From positions 1-41,886 of IMG/VR virus record IMGVR_UViG_3300046380_000005: a DNA stretch of 41,886 nt. One strand, written 5' to 3'. A program made the position numbers and the translations under genes. This DNA comes from a virus. Lineage: Duplodnaviria; Caudoviricetes. Position 1 is the first letter of the stretch. Each line of letters begins with the position of its first letter. Shown here piece by piece: positions 18,425 through 27,604 of this stretch. The notes below the pieces were generated by a model. The model was not told the origin of the DNA. It worked only from the letters and a program-made list of their open reading frames with translations, and made no database searches.

Positions 18425-19749
18425 TAAACAATTCCCCTCTTGAGGCTGGACAAGTCCATTGGTGCAGCAGCTTCGAAGTCGTTTGGCTTGCCGATGGCGA
18501 ATGTTCTGAAGGCGTCAGCTGGATCACTCGCCCAATCGTGAAGCGGTGTGTCCCGGTATGATTTCAGTTTTTCGTCCCAGACGCGGCGATAGGAGCGAAG
18601 GGCGTCGACACCCTTTTGCGTCTTCTCTTTGTCGAACCAGCAAACCGGCAGAACCTGACGGACTTCATTGATGTCGTTCGCCACACTACTTGTGCGAGGA
18701 ACAACCCGAATGCCTTTGAGGCCCATTCCTTCGGCGGTTTGGGAAATCGATCCAGTTGCGCTCACCAGATGCTCGTTCTCAGCATCATGCGGCATCAGAT
18801 GTTCGCCGTAATTGTACGGCTTGCTCTTCAATTCCTTGACGTACCAATCGATCCCGACGCTCGTGTTGACGAGGTAGTCGATGACCGCCCAGCCAGTTCC
18901 ATAGCGCTGCACAAACCAGATCGCCGTCTGATCGTTGCGGCCCAAGTCCCAAGCCGTGTGGACTTGAACCTGCGGGTTATACGGAACCGAGGTGAGCCGA
19001 TTGTCGGCCTCGAGCTTATCGATGATCTTCGCGTAGTAAGCGCCAGGCAGTCCCGCGCTGAATGAGGTCATGTACTCCTGTTGGAATATCGCGTCGCCAT
19101 CCTCGTCGCCGCGCTCAATCTGCAATTCTGCCCGTTCGCTTGCCAGCGTGTCGGCGCTAAAGACGTTCGTTTGTGTCGCTATCAGCCGCTCGGAGAACCA
19201 CTCGTTCGAAGTGCTCGCCATTTCGTACATGCGGAATGCGTGGTTGCGTCCGCGAGGCGTCGTGATGAAAACAGCCCAACCGCCATTCTCTGCCAGAATT
19301 GGCCGGATCAGCGACCATGCTTGCGGGTTACTCAGTGCCCATTCTGAAAACACGACGCCGATCGGCGGTGTGCCGACCAGCGCGTCGTAATTGTCCGATC
19401 CGATAACCTGCCATGTTGATCCCGACTTGAACCGGATCATCATGTCTTGTTCGCGGGTTGTCTCTCTCAGCGCTTGAGGAAATGCGTCGTCTATTCTTCG
19501 CCGGCCGGTGTGCGGGTTAACCGCGTCCCAGATCGCCTTGCGTGCCTGGTTCTGCTGCGGGAGCAAATGCCAGTATACCCCAACGCGTTCATGAGCCGCG
19601 CAGGCCGTGAAGTGCAGCGCTACATCGTCCTTGCCATGCCGGCGCGGCCAGATTGCGATTGCTCGCTTTCCCCCGCCGTGCATGTAACGCCAGAGCGGAT
19701 TCTGGTAGTCTCTTGGCTCCCATTGATTGGGAAGCTGGATTTGCGTCAC
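18424..19749 (-). CDS. terL: Terminase large subunit
   Basis: PRDYQ, Walker A WPRRHGKD, Walker B GVVFSE, coupling motif FITTPRG, nuclease motifs AWDLG and HDWASDPADAFR. Confidence 0.93.
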   Translation of the reverse strand: MTQIQLPNQWEPRDYQNPLWRYMHGGGKRAIAIWPRRHGKDDVALHFTACAAHERVGVYWHLLPQQNQARKAIWDAVNPHTGRRRIDDAFPQALRETTREQDMMIRFKSGSTWQVIGSDNYDALVGTPPIGVVFSEWALSNPQAWSLIRPILAENGGWAVFITTPRGRNHAFRMYEMASTSNEWFSERLIATQTNVFSADTLASERAELQIERGDEDGDAIFQQEYMTSFSAGLPGAYYAKIIDKLEADNRLTSVPYNPQVQVHTAWDLGRNDQTAIWFVQRYGTGWAVIDYLVNTSVGIDWYVKELKSKPYNYGEHLMPHDAENEHLVSATGSISQTAEGMGLKGIRVVPRTSSVANDINEVRQVLPVCWFDKEKTQKGVDALRSYRRVWDEKLKSYRDTPLHDWASDPADAFRTFAIGKPNDFEAAAPMDLSSLKRGIV

Positions 19750-19988
19750 GGCTTGTTGATGATGACCTGTAAAGGACCACCGCCTTCGCCGCTAACCTGA
19801 AGCGGCAGAACCTTCCCGATCAGCGTCATGAACGCGGTGGGATTTTCTACCGCCTGCGTTACGAGGTAGTTCTCGCCGCCCGCCTTGTTGAGAGCGGCTA
19901 GGATCATATCCTTGAGCGCCGCTGTCGATTTGTTTGGTGCGCCCTTAGGCCGCCCGCGACCAGCCGCAGGGGGTTTAGTATTTGCCAC
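19746..19988 (-). CDS. terS: Terminase small subunit
   Basis: GRPKGAPNK...AFMTLIGKVLP...GEGGGPL pattern; overlaps the terL start. Confidence 0.75.
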   Translation of the reverse strand: MANTKPPAAGRGRPKGAPNKSTAALKDMILAALNKAGGENYLVTQAVENPTAFMTLIGKVLPLQVSGEGGGPLQVIINKP

Positions 19989-20173
19989 TATTAAAATCCT
20001 CCCGCTTCCGGCTTTCCGCTAACGGAATGGGCCATCACTGGGGTTGAACTGGCGTTTCCAAACTTAGCGCAGAAACTACCCTGAGACGGGTGGGCCGCGC
20101 GGTTTACCCAAGTGGGAGTATGGACTTCGCACCCGCCGCCAGTGGTCGAGTGGAAAGGAGCGGCCCTTCGTGA

Positions 20174-20362
20174 TTAGATAGCCCTTGAGAGCAGCCCGGT
20201 TTTCTCAAGGAGGAAGCACACCGCTGCGATCACGATAATCACCTGAATGACCACGACGATGGGAGCGGGGAGACCGAACACCGCTGCTAACTGGGTGATG
20301 GCCCAATAGCCGACCCCAGCGATGACAACGAACAGCAGGATCGTGAGGAGTAGCGCTAGCAT
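20174..20362 (-). CDS. Small two-TM membrane protein
   Basis: MLALLLTILLFVVIAGVGYW...; SD AGGAG 7 nt before ATG 20362. Confidence 0.65.
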   Translation of the reverse strand: MLALLLTILLFVVIAGVGYWAITQLAAVFGLPAPIVVVIQVIIVIAAVCFLLEKTGLLSRAI

Positions 20363-20579
20363 GTCGGGGCTCCTGGATGGGTCCAAGCCGCAAGACAGCG
20401 CCGACCGCGTATCAGCTACGAGGCTTCCTGTGGTGCGTCGGATAATCTGCGGCTTGGGTCAACGCTTTGGGGGAAAGGGGTTTACCCGGCTGCGTTGAAA
20501 CTTTTTGCGCGGTCGGTAGTTTGCGAACTACGGCGCAACTCGAATTGATGGCGCTGCTTAGCTTTTCATCCGTCGAATG

Positions 20580-20912
20580 TCAACGGTCCATGACGATTGG
20601 TGGCGACGGCTTTAATTCGGCAAGCTGTAGCTCTAAGGCCCAGAATCTACGAAGTTCTGCCAGTTGGTTCACGACGCTCTTTTCTAACTCGGTAATCGCG
20701 TCGTAAGCGCTTTGACGCGCCGCACGATGAATGATCCTCATAACCTCCGAGATCACCATTTCCTCATCGGGTAAGTTTAATAGATCTTCCCTCGCCATGG
20801 AGCACGCCCTTGCAGTCGCGGCTTCCGCAATCGCGCGCCGCCGACACTCCTGGCGCTCTTCGCCGTAGTTCCTCATCATCATGCCTGTTGCGGTTTCAGT
20901 CATCACCATCAC
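20580..20912 (-). CDS. Hypothetical protein
   Basis: 110 aa ORF overlapping the upstream stop. Confidence 0.5.
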   Translation of the reverse strand: MMVMTETATGMMMRNYGEERQECRRRAIAEAATARACSMAREDLLNLPDEEMVISEVMRIIHRAARQSAYDAITELEKSVVNQLAELRRFWALELQLAELKPSPPIVMDR

Positions 20913-21433
20913 CCCGTAATCCGATGCGCTGCGAACTTCAGCTCCAACAACGCCATCCGCAAGCTATTCTTCTCCGCAACGGGAACGATTGCAATGAACT
21001 TTCCCTTCCCGTCGTAACGCTCTCGTCCACCATGCTGATCGATGCACCACTGAGCCAGCGTCTTGTCCTCAACCGCAATGGCACGTGCGATCGGCGCGAG
21101 TGACCCAAGGTTGCGCTCGATCCATGCCGTTGCCAGCAAGGCCGACGTTATCGCAGCGCTCATCGGTATGTCACCGCCTCCGCCTTGGCTGTCGTCCAAA
21201 CATGACTTGATCGGAGTGCGCTCGGCCAAAGCTACCTGGTCACGGTAGTGGGCAAGCGCACGGTACTCGCGTTCGTTGAGCAGGTCTTTCTGGAACAGCG
21301 TCTCGATGACGGGGATGCGGCGATAGGCCATCCCCACGCTGGTGAACTCACCGTGCTTCATAGCCTCCGCTGTCGGAGCGATGCGCGCGTCCACTGGCTT
21401 CTTCCGCTTCCTTGCGGCCCCACCCCTTGCCAT
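20909..21433 (-). CDS. Putative late-gene regulator (Q-like position)
   Basis: Basic N-terminus; near the end of the early-right operon before the terminase; SD AAGGAG before ATG 21433. Function inferred from position only. Confidence 0.45.
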   Translation of the reverse strand: MARGGAARKRKKPVDARIAPTAEAMKHGEFTSVGMAYRRIPVIETLFQKDLLNEREYRALAHYRDQVALAERTPIKSCLDDSQGGGGDIPMSAAITSALLATAWIERNLGSLAPIARAIAVEDKTLAQWCIDQHGGRERYDGKGKFIAIVPVAEKNSLRMALLELKFAAHRITG

Positions 21434-21503
21434 GATTGTGTCTTGCTCCTTGAGGTTAGACCGCCCCGCGCGGTGCACATAAAGGTTTCGTTATGTCTTT
21501 ATG

Positions 21504-21818
21504 TCACACGATATTGCGGAAGCGGGCGAGGTGGCCCTCAATGCGGGACACGACGTATTCGATGTCCTCAAGCGTGTTGACCACGCTATTCTGCACTGTG
21601 GCCTTGCTGCCCAGTTGTGTTTCTGGTTCCGGCACGCTTCCGAAAATCGCATTGGCGTGCTCCCGCGCTTCATCAGCGATGAGTGACAGCCTCATCAAAA
21701 CGCTACCCATGCGAGCGGTGAGGGGCTGGGGAGGAGCCGGGTCCTCGTCATAGGTGGGCATCGGACCGTTGTAGGCGTATCCAGCGGCTTCGTGTTTCCC
21801 TGCGTAGGTTTTGCTCAT
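21504..21818 (-). CDS. Hypothetical protein
   Basis: 104 aa ORF with SD AGGAGG. Confidence 0.6.
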   Translation of the reverse strand: MSKTYAGKHEAAGYAYNGPMPTYDEDPAPPQPLTARMGSVLMRLSLIADEAREHANAIFGSVPEPETQLGSKATVQNSVVNTLEDIEYVVSRIEGHLARFRNIV

Positions 21819-21819
21819 G

Positions 21820-21993
21820 TCATTTTCCTCCTGATAATTGCCAGCGTAAAATATCGAATGGATCGTCCCCCAAGTCCCACGGTTTCCATCTCCACTGGGG
21901 TGCGGTGGTGTTTCGATGAGTCCTTCCGTTTGGGAACTCTAGGTCTATGGGTTGGTCGCCTGTCTTGGGCTTGTGGCCGGTGTTGTCGGGCAT
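21820..21993 (-). CDS. Small hypothetical protein (57 aa)
   Basis: Manual translation MPDNTGHKPK...QWRWKPWDLGDDPFDILRWQLSGGK*; TGATG coupling. Confidence 0.55.
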   Translation of the reverse strand: MPDNTGHKPKTGDQPIDLEFPNGRTHRNTTAPQWRWKPWDLGDDPFDILRWQLSGGK

Positions 21994-22481
21994 CACTGGC
22001 GGTTGTCCTCGCCGGCTTTGCAGATCGTGCGGTTCGGCGCTTCGCCGGTGACGTGCCAGCCGTAGCGGCCGTTCGTCATTTGGTTGAGCCGATCGCAGTG
22101 CTCTTGAAGTTGGCGAAGCCCGTTATCTGTGCCGCGAAGCTCGCCCGTGATTTGACCGCGCGCCAATGCTACCAGCTCGGATGCTTTCGGCATGAACCGG
22201 CTTTCGCGAACCCACGCTTTCGCAGCAGCTTCCAGCAAGTGCGGGGGGATGTCCGAGACGTCCTCGCACAGCAGTCGTATTGCTTCCGCGTGGGCTTGCA
22301 AGTCAGCCTGTACCGATGGCCGGTAGCGTAGGCCAAGCTCCCCGATTATCCTGCCAATTGCCGGCGAAAAACTCCGCCTCTTCTGCGGCTCTGCTCGCGT
22401 TGAGGAGGTCGAGACTGGGGTCAGGGCGTGAGCCCCGAACACTAGGTTGTTCGACCATTCGTATTCCCTTGGCGTGTCCAT
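21993..22481 (-). CDS. Replication protein (helicase loader / lambda P-like position)
   Basis: Follows the initiator; L..A...WVRESRFMPKASEL resembles the phage loader FxPxxAE motif. Confidence 0.55.
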   Translation of the reverse strand: MDTPREYEWSNNLVFGAHALTPVSTSSTRAEPQKRRSFSPAIGRIIGELGLRYRPSVQADLQAHAEAIRLLCEDVSDIPPHLLEAAAKAWVRESRFMPKASELVALARGQITGELRGTDNGLRQLQEHCDRLNQMTNGRYGWHVTGEAPNRTICKAGEDNRQ

Positions 22482-23070
22482 TGAATTGCTTTCCGAGTTT
22501 TACCCAAGTTCTCCACGAAGCTTGCCAATCCTTGCTCAGCGTGCCCTTCGCGGTGTGGTGGTCGATGAAGTGCTCGACCTGCTCCTCGCTCATCCCAGGC
22601 GGCCATGCGGCCATGGATTTCGCTGTGATCGATTTCTCTTTGACGATTGGCTGAAAGTTCGAAGGAACTGGCGTCTGCTTTTTCGTGCGCGCTACCGAAG
22701 AAGGCGTAGCCTTCTGAGGTATAATGGGTGTTCTTGGCTGTTTGGGTGACTCTGTGTCAGGGGTATCCTGACTGTCTGTCAGGGGTGACTCTGTGTCAGG
22801 GGTGACTGACTGGCATGGGTGGACGTGGTAAATGGTACCAACACCGGGCTTGATATGCCGCACGATGTGTTTAGCTTTTTCGAGTGCGATTAAAGCGCGG
22901 TGCACCGACCGCTCGCTCAGCCCCGTGTCGATCGCAATCCGAGGTATGCCCGGAGTACATTCCCCTACTTCATTGGCGCGCGTTGCCAGAACGAGAAGCA
23001 CATGCTTCTCCACAGCTGTGCCATCAATAGCTAGCGCCGCGCGCTGTCTGTTGAAGCACGTAAGGCTCAC
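22303..23070 (-). CDS. Replication initiator (lambda O-like, N-terminal winged HTH)
   Basis: KHVLLVLA..AN..GECTPG...IA.DTGLSERSV.RAL..LE HTH, internal iterons and C-terminal KDWQASWRTW. Confidence 0.8.
   Translation of the reverse strand: MSLTCFNRQRAALAIDGTAVEKHVLLVLATRANEVGECTPGIPRIAIDTGLSERSVHRALIALEKAKHIVRHIKPGVGTIYHVHPCQSVTPDTESPLTDSQDTPDTESPKQPRTPIIPQKATPSSVARTKKQTPVPSNFQPIVKEKSITAKSMAAWPPGMSEEQVEHFIDHHTAKGTLSKDWQASWRTWVKLGKQFNGHAKGIRMVEQPSVRGSRPDPSLDLLNASRAAEEAEFFAGNWQDNRGAWPTLPAIGTG
22747..22819. repeat. Replication origin iterons, four 17-bp units
   Basis: TGACTCTGTGTCAGGGG (22747, 22786), TGACTGTCTGTCAGGGG (22769) and degenerate TGACTGACTGGCATGGG (22803); the first three have a TGAC-N5-GTCA dyad. 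They lie inside the initiator gene, as in lambdoid ori. Confidence 0.8.
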
Positions 23071-23294
23071 CGATCGAACTTCCGAAGCCCGTGAAGTACA
23101 GTGGTATGATCGCGTCCTAGCGCCAATCCGATCTGCTTTAGGCTAAACCCTGCGTCCCGATATAGGTGCATTACCTCTTTGCGAGCGGCGACATGCTTGG
23201 ACTTGCGGGAGCGACTAAGAATATCATCAACGGCAACACCATGCCGCGATGCAGCATGGCTGGCGTAAAGGTGCAGGCGTTCCGATTTAGTCAT
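23067..23294 (-). CDS. DnaA C-terminal (domain IV) HTH protein
   Basis: DILSRSR...VAARKEVM...SLKQIG..LGRDHTTVLHG signature. Confidence 0.85.
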   Translation of the reverse strand: MTKSERLHLYASHAASRHGVAVDDILSRSRKSKHVAARKEVMHLYRDAGFSLKQIGLALGRDHTTVLHGLRKFDR

Positions 23295-24244
23295 GCGGCC
23301 ACCATCTCGAACAGCGATGCTGTCCCCGATCCGATCGCTGCTATATTCTTAGCTGCCTGGGTAAAGTAGGACGGCTTTAGCTCAACACCGATGCCCTTGC
23401 GGCCCATCGTAACGGCGCACCAAACCTCGCTCCCGATGCCAAGGAACGGGGTCAGGACAGTGTCGCCGGCGTTGCTCCAAAGATCGATACACCGCTCGAT
23501 CACGTCGAGCTGCAGCGGCGCTATGTGCTGCTCATCCTTCTCGTCCCTGCCGCCGCGATATTGCAGTGTGCGCGATTGGTTGATGTCGGTCCAAACCGGC
23601 GATGCGTAACGTTGCCAAACCTCGATTGAGTACCAGTTCCGGCCATCGGTCGGGGTCGTGTATTTGGAGAAGTCAGGCCCATCGCCTTCGCCGTGCCATT
23701 CATCAAAGCACCCTGCGACCGGCTCGGGATTTTCCCCCGGCTTGCGGAACGTTACGACATAGTCCGCCAAGCCTTGACCGCTGATCGTGCTGTCTTTGAC
23801 GATCTGTTTATGAAGTAGACGGATCGATTTGGTGCGCTGTTGTGCGACAACCGGATCTTTCCAGATGCAAACCTCGCTATGGAATATCCAACCTGCATCC
23901 TCATAAGCGCGAATTACTTCGCCACGAAAATCGCGCATTCCGATATTGCCGTGCCTGATCTTTGACATCGGTAACTGCATCACGTGGACGCTGTGCAAAC
24001 GGCCCGGCATGGTGACGCGAAGCAGTTCCTGAATGAGGAACGCGTAGTGCTGCCAGAACCCAGGCCCTTCGTTGTTCGAAATGTCGCGGTCGAAATTGCT
24101 GAACTTGTACAGTCCTTCAAACGGTGGAGAGTGAATACCGTAGTGGATGCTGTCGCCGGGGATCGCCCGGATCAGCTCGCAGCTATCGCCCTGATAAATC
24201 GCGTATTGGTCGGTCACGACCTGTTCGACGGCTTTAATCGTCAT
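23291..24244 (-). CDS. DNA methyltransferase, N6/N4 (beta-class)
   Basis: YQGDS...HSPPF (motif IV) precedes VLTPFLGIGSE (motif I) and GVELKPSYF; ATGA coupling to the helicase. Confidence 0.88.
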   Translation of the reverse strand: MTIKAVEQVVTDQYAIYQGDSCELIRAIPGDSIHYGIHSPPFEGLYKFSNFDRDISNNEGPGFWQHYAFLIQELLRVTMPGRLHSVHVMQLPMSKIRHGNIGMRDFRGEVIRAYEDAGWIFHSEVCIWKDPVVAQQRTKSIRLLHKQIVKDSTISGQGLADYVVTFRKPGENPEPVAGCFDEWHGEGDGPDFSKYTTPTDGRNWYSIEVWQRYASPVWTDINQSRTLQYRGGRDEKDEQHIAPLQLDVIERCIDLWSNAGDTVLTPFLGIGSEVWCAVTMGRKGIGVELKPSYFTQAAKNIAAIGSGTASLFEMVAA

Positions 24245-25632
24245 GCCGCACACTCCAGAAAAGATGGAAGAATGATGGGAACCGTCGGGTTGTAGGCGGG
24301 CGTGTCGCGCGCCACGCCGGTGATAGCGGCGCGGCTAAGGTCGGCGGTGTGCATCACCATGGCGGCGGCCATGCGGTCGGCGTCAGCTTCCTTGCGGCGA
24401 ATATTGGCGACCGTTGCGCCTTCTATTTCGCTGGCGATAATGTGGGCGGTGACAGCTTGCTGTTGTCCGAAACGCCAGAAGCGACGAACCGCCTGATAGA
24501 ATTGCTCGAAGCTGTCGTTCAGGCCGACGAAACCAGTATCGCAACAGTGCTGCCAGTTCATCCCGAAGCCAGCGACCCCGGCCTTGGTGACCAGCACGCG
24601 AATTCGGCCCTCGCTGAAATCGAGCAGCTTGCGCTCCTTCACGTCATCGCTGTCGCTGCCCTTGGTCTCGACGGCACCGGGAATGATCCGGGTAAGCATC
24701 TCGCTTTCGGCGTTGAGGTTGCACCACCACACGAAAGGGCGACTGGCTGGCGTGACGCTGGCGGCTAGCTTGCATCTGTCGTCGACGGTGGCACGGCGCG
24801 CCGCGATGCGTTCCTGCAGCGTTTCGGCCTGCATCGGGAACAGCATGCCGGTATCGATGTTGGGCGCGTAGTCGACGCCAACGGTATGCTGGATGAAGTG
24901 GAGCGGAGGTAGATCGTACCCCGCGTCGTCGTATCCGAGGTCGGACGGCTTGCGCAACATCACCGCCCATGATGCCATCCATTTCCAGAACTCGTTTTCG
25001 GCGTGCCCCTTCAAGCGCCATTTCGCGGTATCACCGCCGTCGTGCGTGAAGAACGTGGCGAGCATGTCGGTGTACGACATGATGCCCAGGAACTCGGCGT
25101 GGTTGCCTAGCTCCATGAAGTCGTTCGGTGCCGGCGTGGCTGTTGCCGCCAGCCGAAACGGGATCGCTTGCGATGCTTCGATCAATGCCGATCTGTAATG
25201 CCCATCGGTCGATTTAAGGATGGAGCTCTCGTCTAGAATAACCCCGCCAAAGTCGGACAGGTTGAAGTGTCCAAGCTTCTGGTAGTTCGTGATGTTTATG
25301 CCGGGAGTGCACTCGCCGGATGTTGCCACCTGCTTCGCGGCGATGCCGAACTTGTTGGCCTCGCGCACCATTTGGGCAGATACAGCAAGTGGTGCCAGGT
25401 GCAGGATAGGCTTACCCGTGAACGCATTGACGCGCTCGCCCCATGCTAATTCCATCAGGCTCTTTCCAAGGCCCGTTCCGGCAAACAATGCAGCACGACC
25501 GCGGCGAAGCGCCCATGCCACAATGTCGCGTTGGAATGGGAACAAGCACTCTGGCAGTTCGCCAGGATCATCGATGCCCGTTGGTGGATCTGTAATAGCC
25601 TTCGCGGCTAGAAACGATGCATAATCGCTCAT
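24241..25632 (-). CDS. SF2 (SNF2-like) helicase
   Basis: LFPFQ, GTGLGKS, ILDESS, TATPAPND, GFGMNWQ and QAVRRFWRFGQ motifs; start ATG 25632 by TGATG coupling. Confidence 0.88.
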   Translation of the reverse strand: MSDYASFLAAKAITDPPTGIDDPGELPECLFPFQRDIVAWALRRGRAALFAGTGLGKSLMELAWGERVNAFTGKPILHLAPLAVSAQMVREANKFGIAAKQVATSGECTPGINITNYQKLGHFNLSDFGGVILDESSILKSTDGHYRSALIEASQAIPFRLAATATPAPNDFMELGNHAEFLGIMSYTDMLATFFTHDGGDTAKWRLKGHAENEFWKWMASWAVMLRKPSDLGYDDAGYDLPPLHFIQHTVGVDYAPNIDTGMLFPMQAETLQERIAARRATVDDRCKLAASVTPASRPFVWWCNLNAESEMLTRIIPGAVETKGSDSDDVKERKLLDFSEGRIRVLVTKAGVAGFGMNWQHCCDTGFVGLNDSFEQFYQAVRRFWRFGQQQAVTAHIIASEIEGATVANIRRKEADADRMAAAMVMHTADLSRAAITGVARDTPAYNPTVPIILPSFLECAA

Positions 25633-25796
25633 CACTTCGCCACCTTGCAAGGAAACTGGTTGAACCGAACCTGCCGCTCGAGGAGCGCCTGGCTGCCTTC
25701 GATCGCGTCGGTGACGTATTTGTTGTACGCATCGCCAAGAGTGATCGGGGCGTCGTATTTCTTGGCGTCGTAAGCGCGGGTGCGGCCTTTGCTCAT
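25632..25796 (-). CDS. Small hypothetical protein (54 aa)
   Basis: Manual translation MSKGRTRAYDAKKY...FPCKVAK*; TGATG coupling at both ends. Confidence 0.6.
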   Translation of the reverse strand: MSKGRTRAYDAKKYDAPITLGDAYNKYVTDAIEGSQALLERQVRFNQFPCKVAK

Positions 25797-26137
25797 CAGA
25801 AGGCCTCCGAGACAAAGCCGCCGCCAGCTTTCTTCGGCTGCTTTTTCAGCGCGTAGAATCGGAACGGGTATAGGTCGGACGCAACCTTGATCTTGACGCG
25901 CGCGTCGTCGGTCCAGAAACCCTTGACCTCGTGCGCTTGCATCTCACCATTGGCGAGCATGACGATGAAATCAGGGGTGTAGAACGTGTTGTCAGCGAGG
26001 CGGAATTTAAGCCCCTCGAACTTGTACCAAGCAACGTCACCGATCTGCTTGAGCAATGCTAGCTCGCGCTCGTATTCAGCCTCTGTGGCGTTCATGACGC
26101 CAGTTTTCAGGCGTCCCAGGGCATAGGAACGGTTCAC
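25796..26137 (-). CDS. PD-(D/E)XK endonuclease (DUF1064-like)
   Basis: MNATEAEY...YTPDF...HEVKG motif. Confidence 0.75.
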   Translation of the reverse strand: MNRSYALGRLKTGVMNATEAEYERELALLKQIGDVAWYKFEGLKFRLADNTFYTPDFIVMLANGEMQAHEVKGFWTDDARVKIKVASDLYPFRFYALKKQPKKAGGGFVSEAF

Positions 26138-26334
26138 CGTGTCATCCCCGCGACGATCTTACCGCTACGCGTGAGACGAAAATCGGTGACGCCATTGGCA
26201 AGTGGATACGCGTTGGCAAATCCGCGCTCGACCAAACGAGCGAAGCGCCCGCGAGTATCGCCATGTGCACGCACAACTCCGACATCGCGCAGGCAGCGCA
26301 GGGCTTCCAGTATTTCGGGAGTGTACTTACCCAA
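26134..26334 (-). CDS. Hypothetical small wHTH-like protein
   Basis: 66 aa, LVERGFA...FRLTRSGK; overlaps both neighbours. Confidence 0.5.
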   Translation of the reverse strand: MGKYTPEILEALRCLRDVGVVRAHGDTRGRFARLVERGFANAYPLANGVTDFRLTRSGKIVAGMTR

Positions 26335-26479
26335 GTGACTGCTCCCGCTTGCGAGCCAGCCCCTTGAGGGCTGCTTGACGACGGCGGTTGTAGTCCTTGA
26401 GAGCGCTGCTTTCCCGCTCTCGATCTACCATGCGTTGTAAGGCTCGCTTGGCGATGAATTGACGGAGGTTGAAGGTCAT
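26327..26479 (-). CDS. Small basic hypothetical protein
   Basis: MTFNLRQFIAKRALQR...RRRQAALKGL; ATGA coupling. Confidence 0.55.
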   Translation of the reverse strand: MTFNLRQFIAKRALQRMVDRERESSALKDYNRRRQAALKGLARKREQSLG

Positions 26480-26739
26480 GCGGATGCCTCCAGCCGTGCT
26501 TCGACCAAGCGCGCATAACCCTGAATATCGTGCCAATTATCGAGGTAGGCCGGATCTCCGTTGATGATGCGCGCGATCTTGTCGGCGATGGTCGTCAGCG
26601 CTTGACGCATGTCCACGTCGAGACCGTACCAACCGTTCGTACCGCGCATTATCTCTTGCAGGTTTTGCGCAATGGTGGCGTGGTCCTTAAAGCTACCATA
26701 GCGCTTGCCACGCTCTGCCAAGGTGTCGGCGACGCTCAT
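26476..26739 (-). CDS. DUF6378-like phage protein
   Basis: TLAERGKRYGSF...KIARI.NGDP.Y.DNWHDIQGYARL pattern; TAATG coupling. Confidence 0.7.
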   Translation of the reverse strand: MSVADTLAERGKRYGSFKDHATIAQNLQEIMRGTNGWYGLDVDMRQALTTIADKIARIINGDPAYLDNWHDIQGYARLVEARLEASA

Positions 26740-27209
26740 TAGGCTCTCGCTTTCCTGTTCTCGATGTAGGTGATTTGCGCCTCTATCTCGTGAAGGGCGC
26801 GGCGGAGTTCGGGCAGGTAATTGAGCTGGGCGCGCAGTGATTCGACAGCGCCTCCACCAGCAGACCGGGCAGTTGCGATCAGGTTGATCAGATTGGCGAG
26901 GGTAGGGATTAGATCGACTTCGCCCTCTGCTTCGATTGAGACCAGACGAGCGCCCATGATGCGTGCCCAAGGGTCGAGAAAGTGAGCGCCGAACCACTCG
27001 CCTAAACGGGTGAGAAACAGCGGATTTAGGTCGTTTTTCTTGTTGATCGCGTTGTTGAGCGTACCGAGTGAAATATCGATCGCGTCGGATATTTCGCGGG
27101 GCGTCTTCTTGGTCTCGTTCTGGATATTGCGCAGAATATCGGCAACCGCATTGCGATAACGCGTTTGCTCTTCGGTCGCACTTATACGCAAGACGTTGTG
27201 GACCATCAT
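26739..27209 (-). CDS. CII-like HTH regulator
   Basis: HTH (PREISDAIDISLGTLNNAIN); second gene after Cro. Confidence 0.55.
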   Translation of the reverse strand: MMVHNVLRISATEEQTRYRNAVADILRNIQNETKKTPREISDAIDISLGTLNNAINKKNDLNPLFLTRLGEWFGAHFLDPWARIMGARLVSIEAEGEVDLIPTLANLINLIATARSAGGGAVESLRAQLNYLPELRRALHEIEAQITYIENRKARA

Positions 27210-27370
27210 GGCCTATGGTCCCCGCCATGGGGGCTATCAGCACCATCGTCAGAAATGACCGGCGCGCAAAGCAACCTCCCCATGATCAGGGCAGCGATGA
27301 CGCTCGTCCCCATCGTGGCGAACACGCCCAGCCAGAAACTGGCCCAGTGGATATGCCCCCCGGCGTCCAT
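27206..27370 (-). CDS. Small membrane peptide (54 aa)
   Basis: MDAGGHIHWASFWLGVFATMGTSVIAALIMG...; TAATG coupling to the Cro stop. Confidence 0.5.
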   Translation of the reverse strand: MDAGGHIHWASFWLGVFATMGTSVIAALIMGRLLCAPVISDDGADSPHGGDHRP

Positions 27371-27600
27371 TATGCGGCTGCTTGCTGGGAGGATGCGCCC
27401 AGGTATTCGAGCGTTGCGGGGGAGACTGCTTTTCCAGCCGCCTTGATCGCTTCGAGCACAACAGGACGGCGCCACGTTGGGATGTTGGCAACACCCTTGC
27501 GGCGCCAATCGCAGACGGTCTGGATCGGGATATGGGTCGCGTCGGCAATAGCCTTAGGACTATCGTCGAAAGCGGCAAATATGTCGGCTACTGGGTCCAT
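27370..27600 (-). CDS. cro: Cro-like repressor
   Basis: 76 aa HTH (PKAIADATHIPIQTVCDWRRKG..IP.WR); divergent from cI. Confidence 0.8.
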   Translation of the reverse strand: MDPVADIFAAFDDSPKAIADATHIPIQTVCDWRRKGVANIPTWRRPVVLEAIKAAGKAVSPATLEYLGASSQQAAA

Positions 27601-27604
27601 ATGC

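Noticed and set aside
19340-19360. Terminase Walker B reads VVFSE instead of hhhhDE
   Set aside because: I recall this variant in other terminases of this group, and all other motifs are intact.
5066-19800. Many plus-strand ORFs of 60-280 aa opposite the structural genes
   Set aside because: Shadow ORFs of GC-rich coding sequence with no motifs or RBS support.
22747-22819. CRISPR-like mini-array
   Set aside because: Units are adjacent 17-mers without unique spacers and lie in the initiator gene; they are iterons.
23291-25632. Helicase plus methylase as a restriction-modification or DISARM-like defence system
   Set aside because: This pair is common in phage replication regions and no cognate restriction or defence genes are adjacent.
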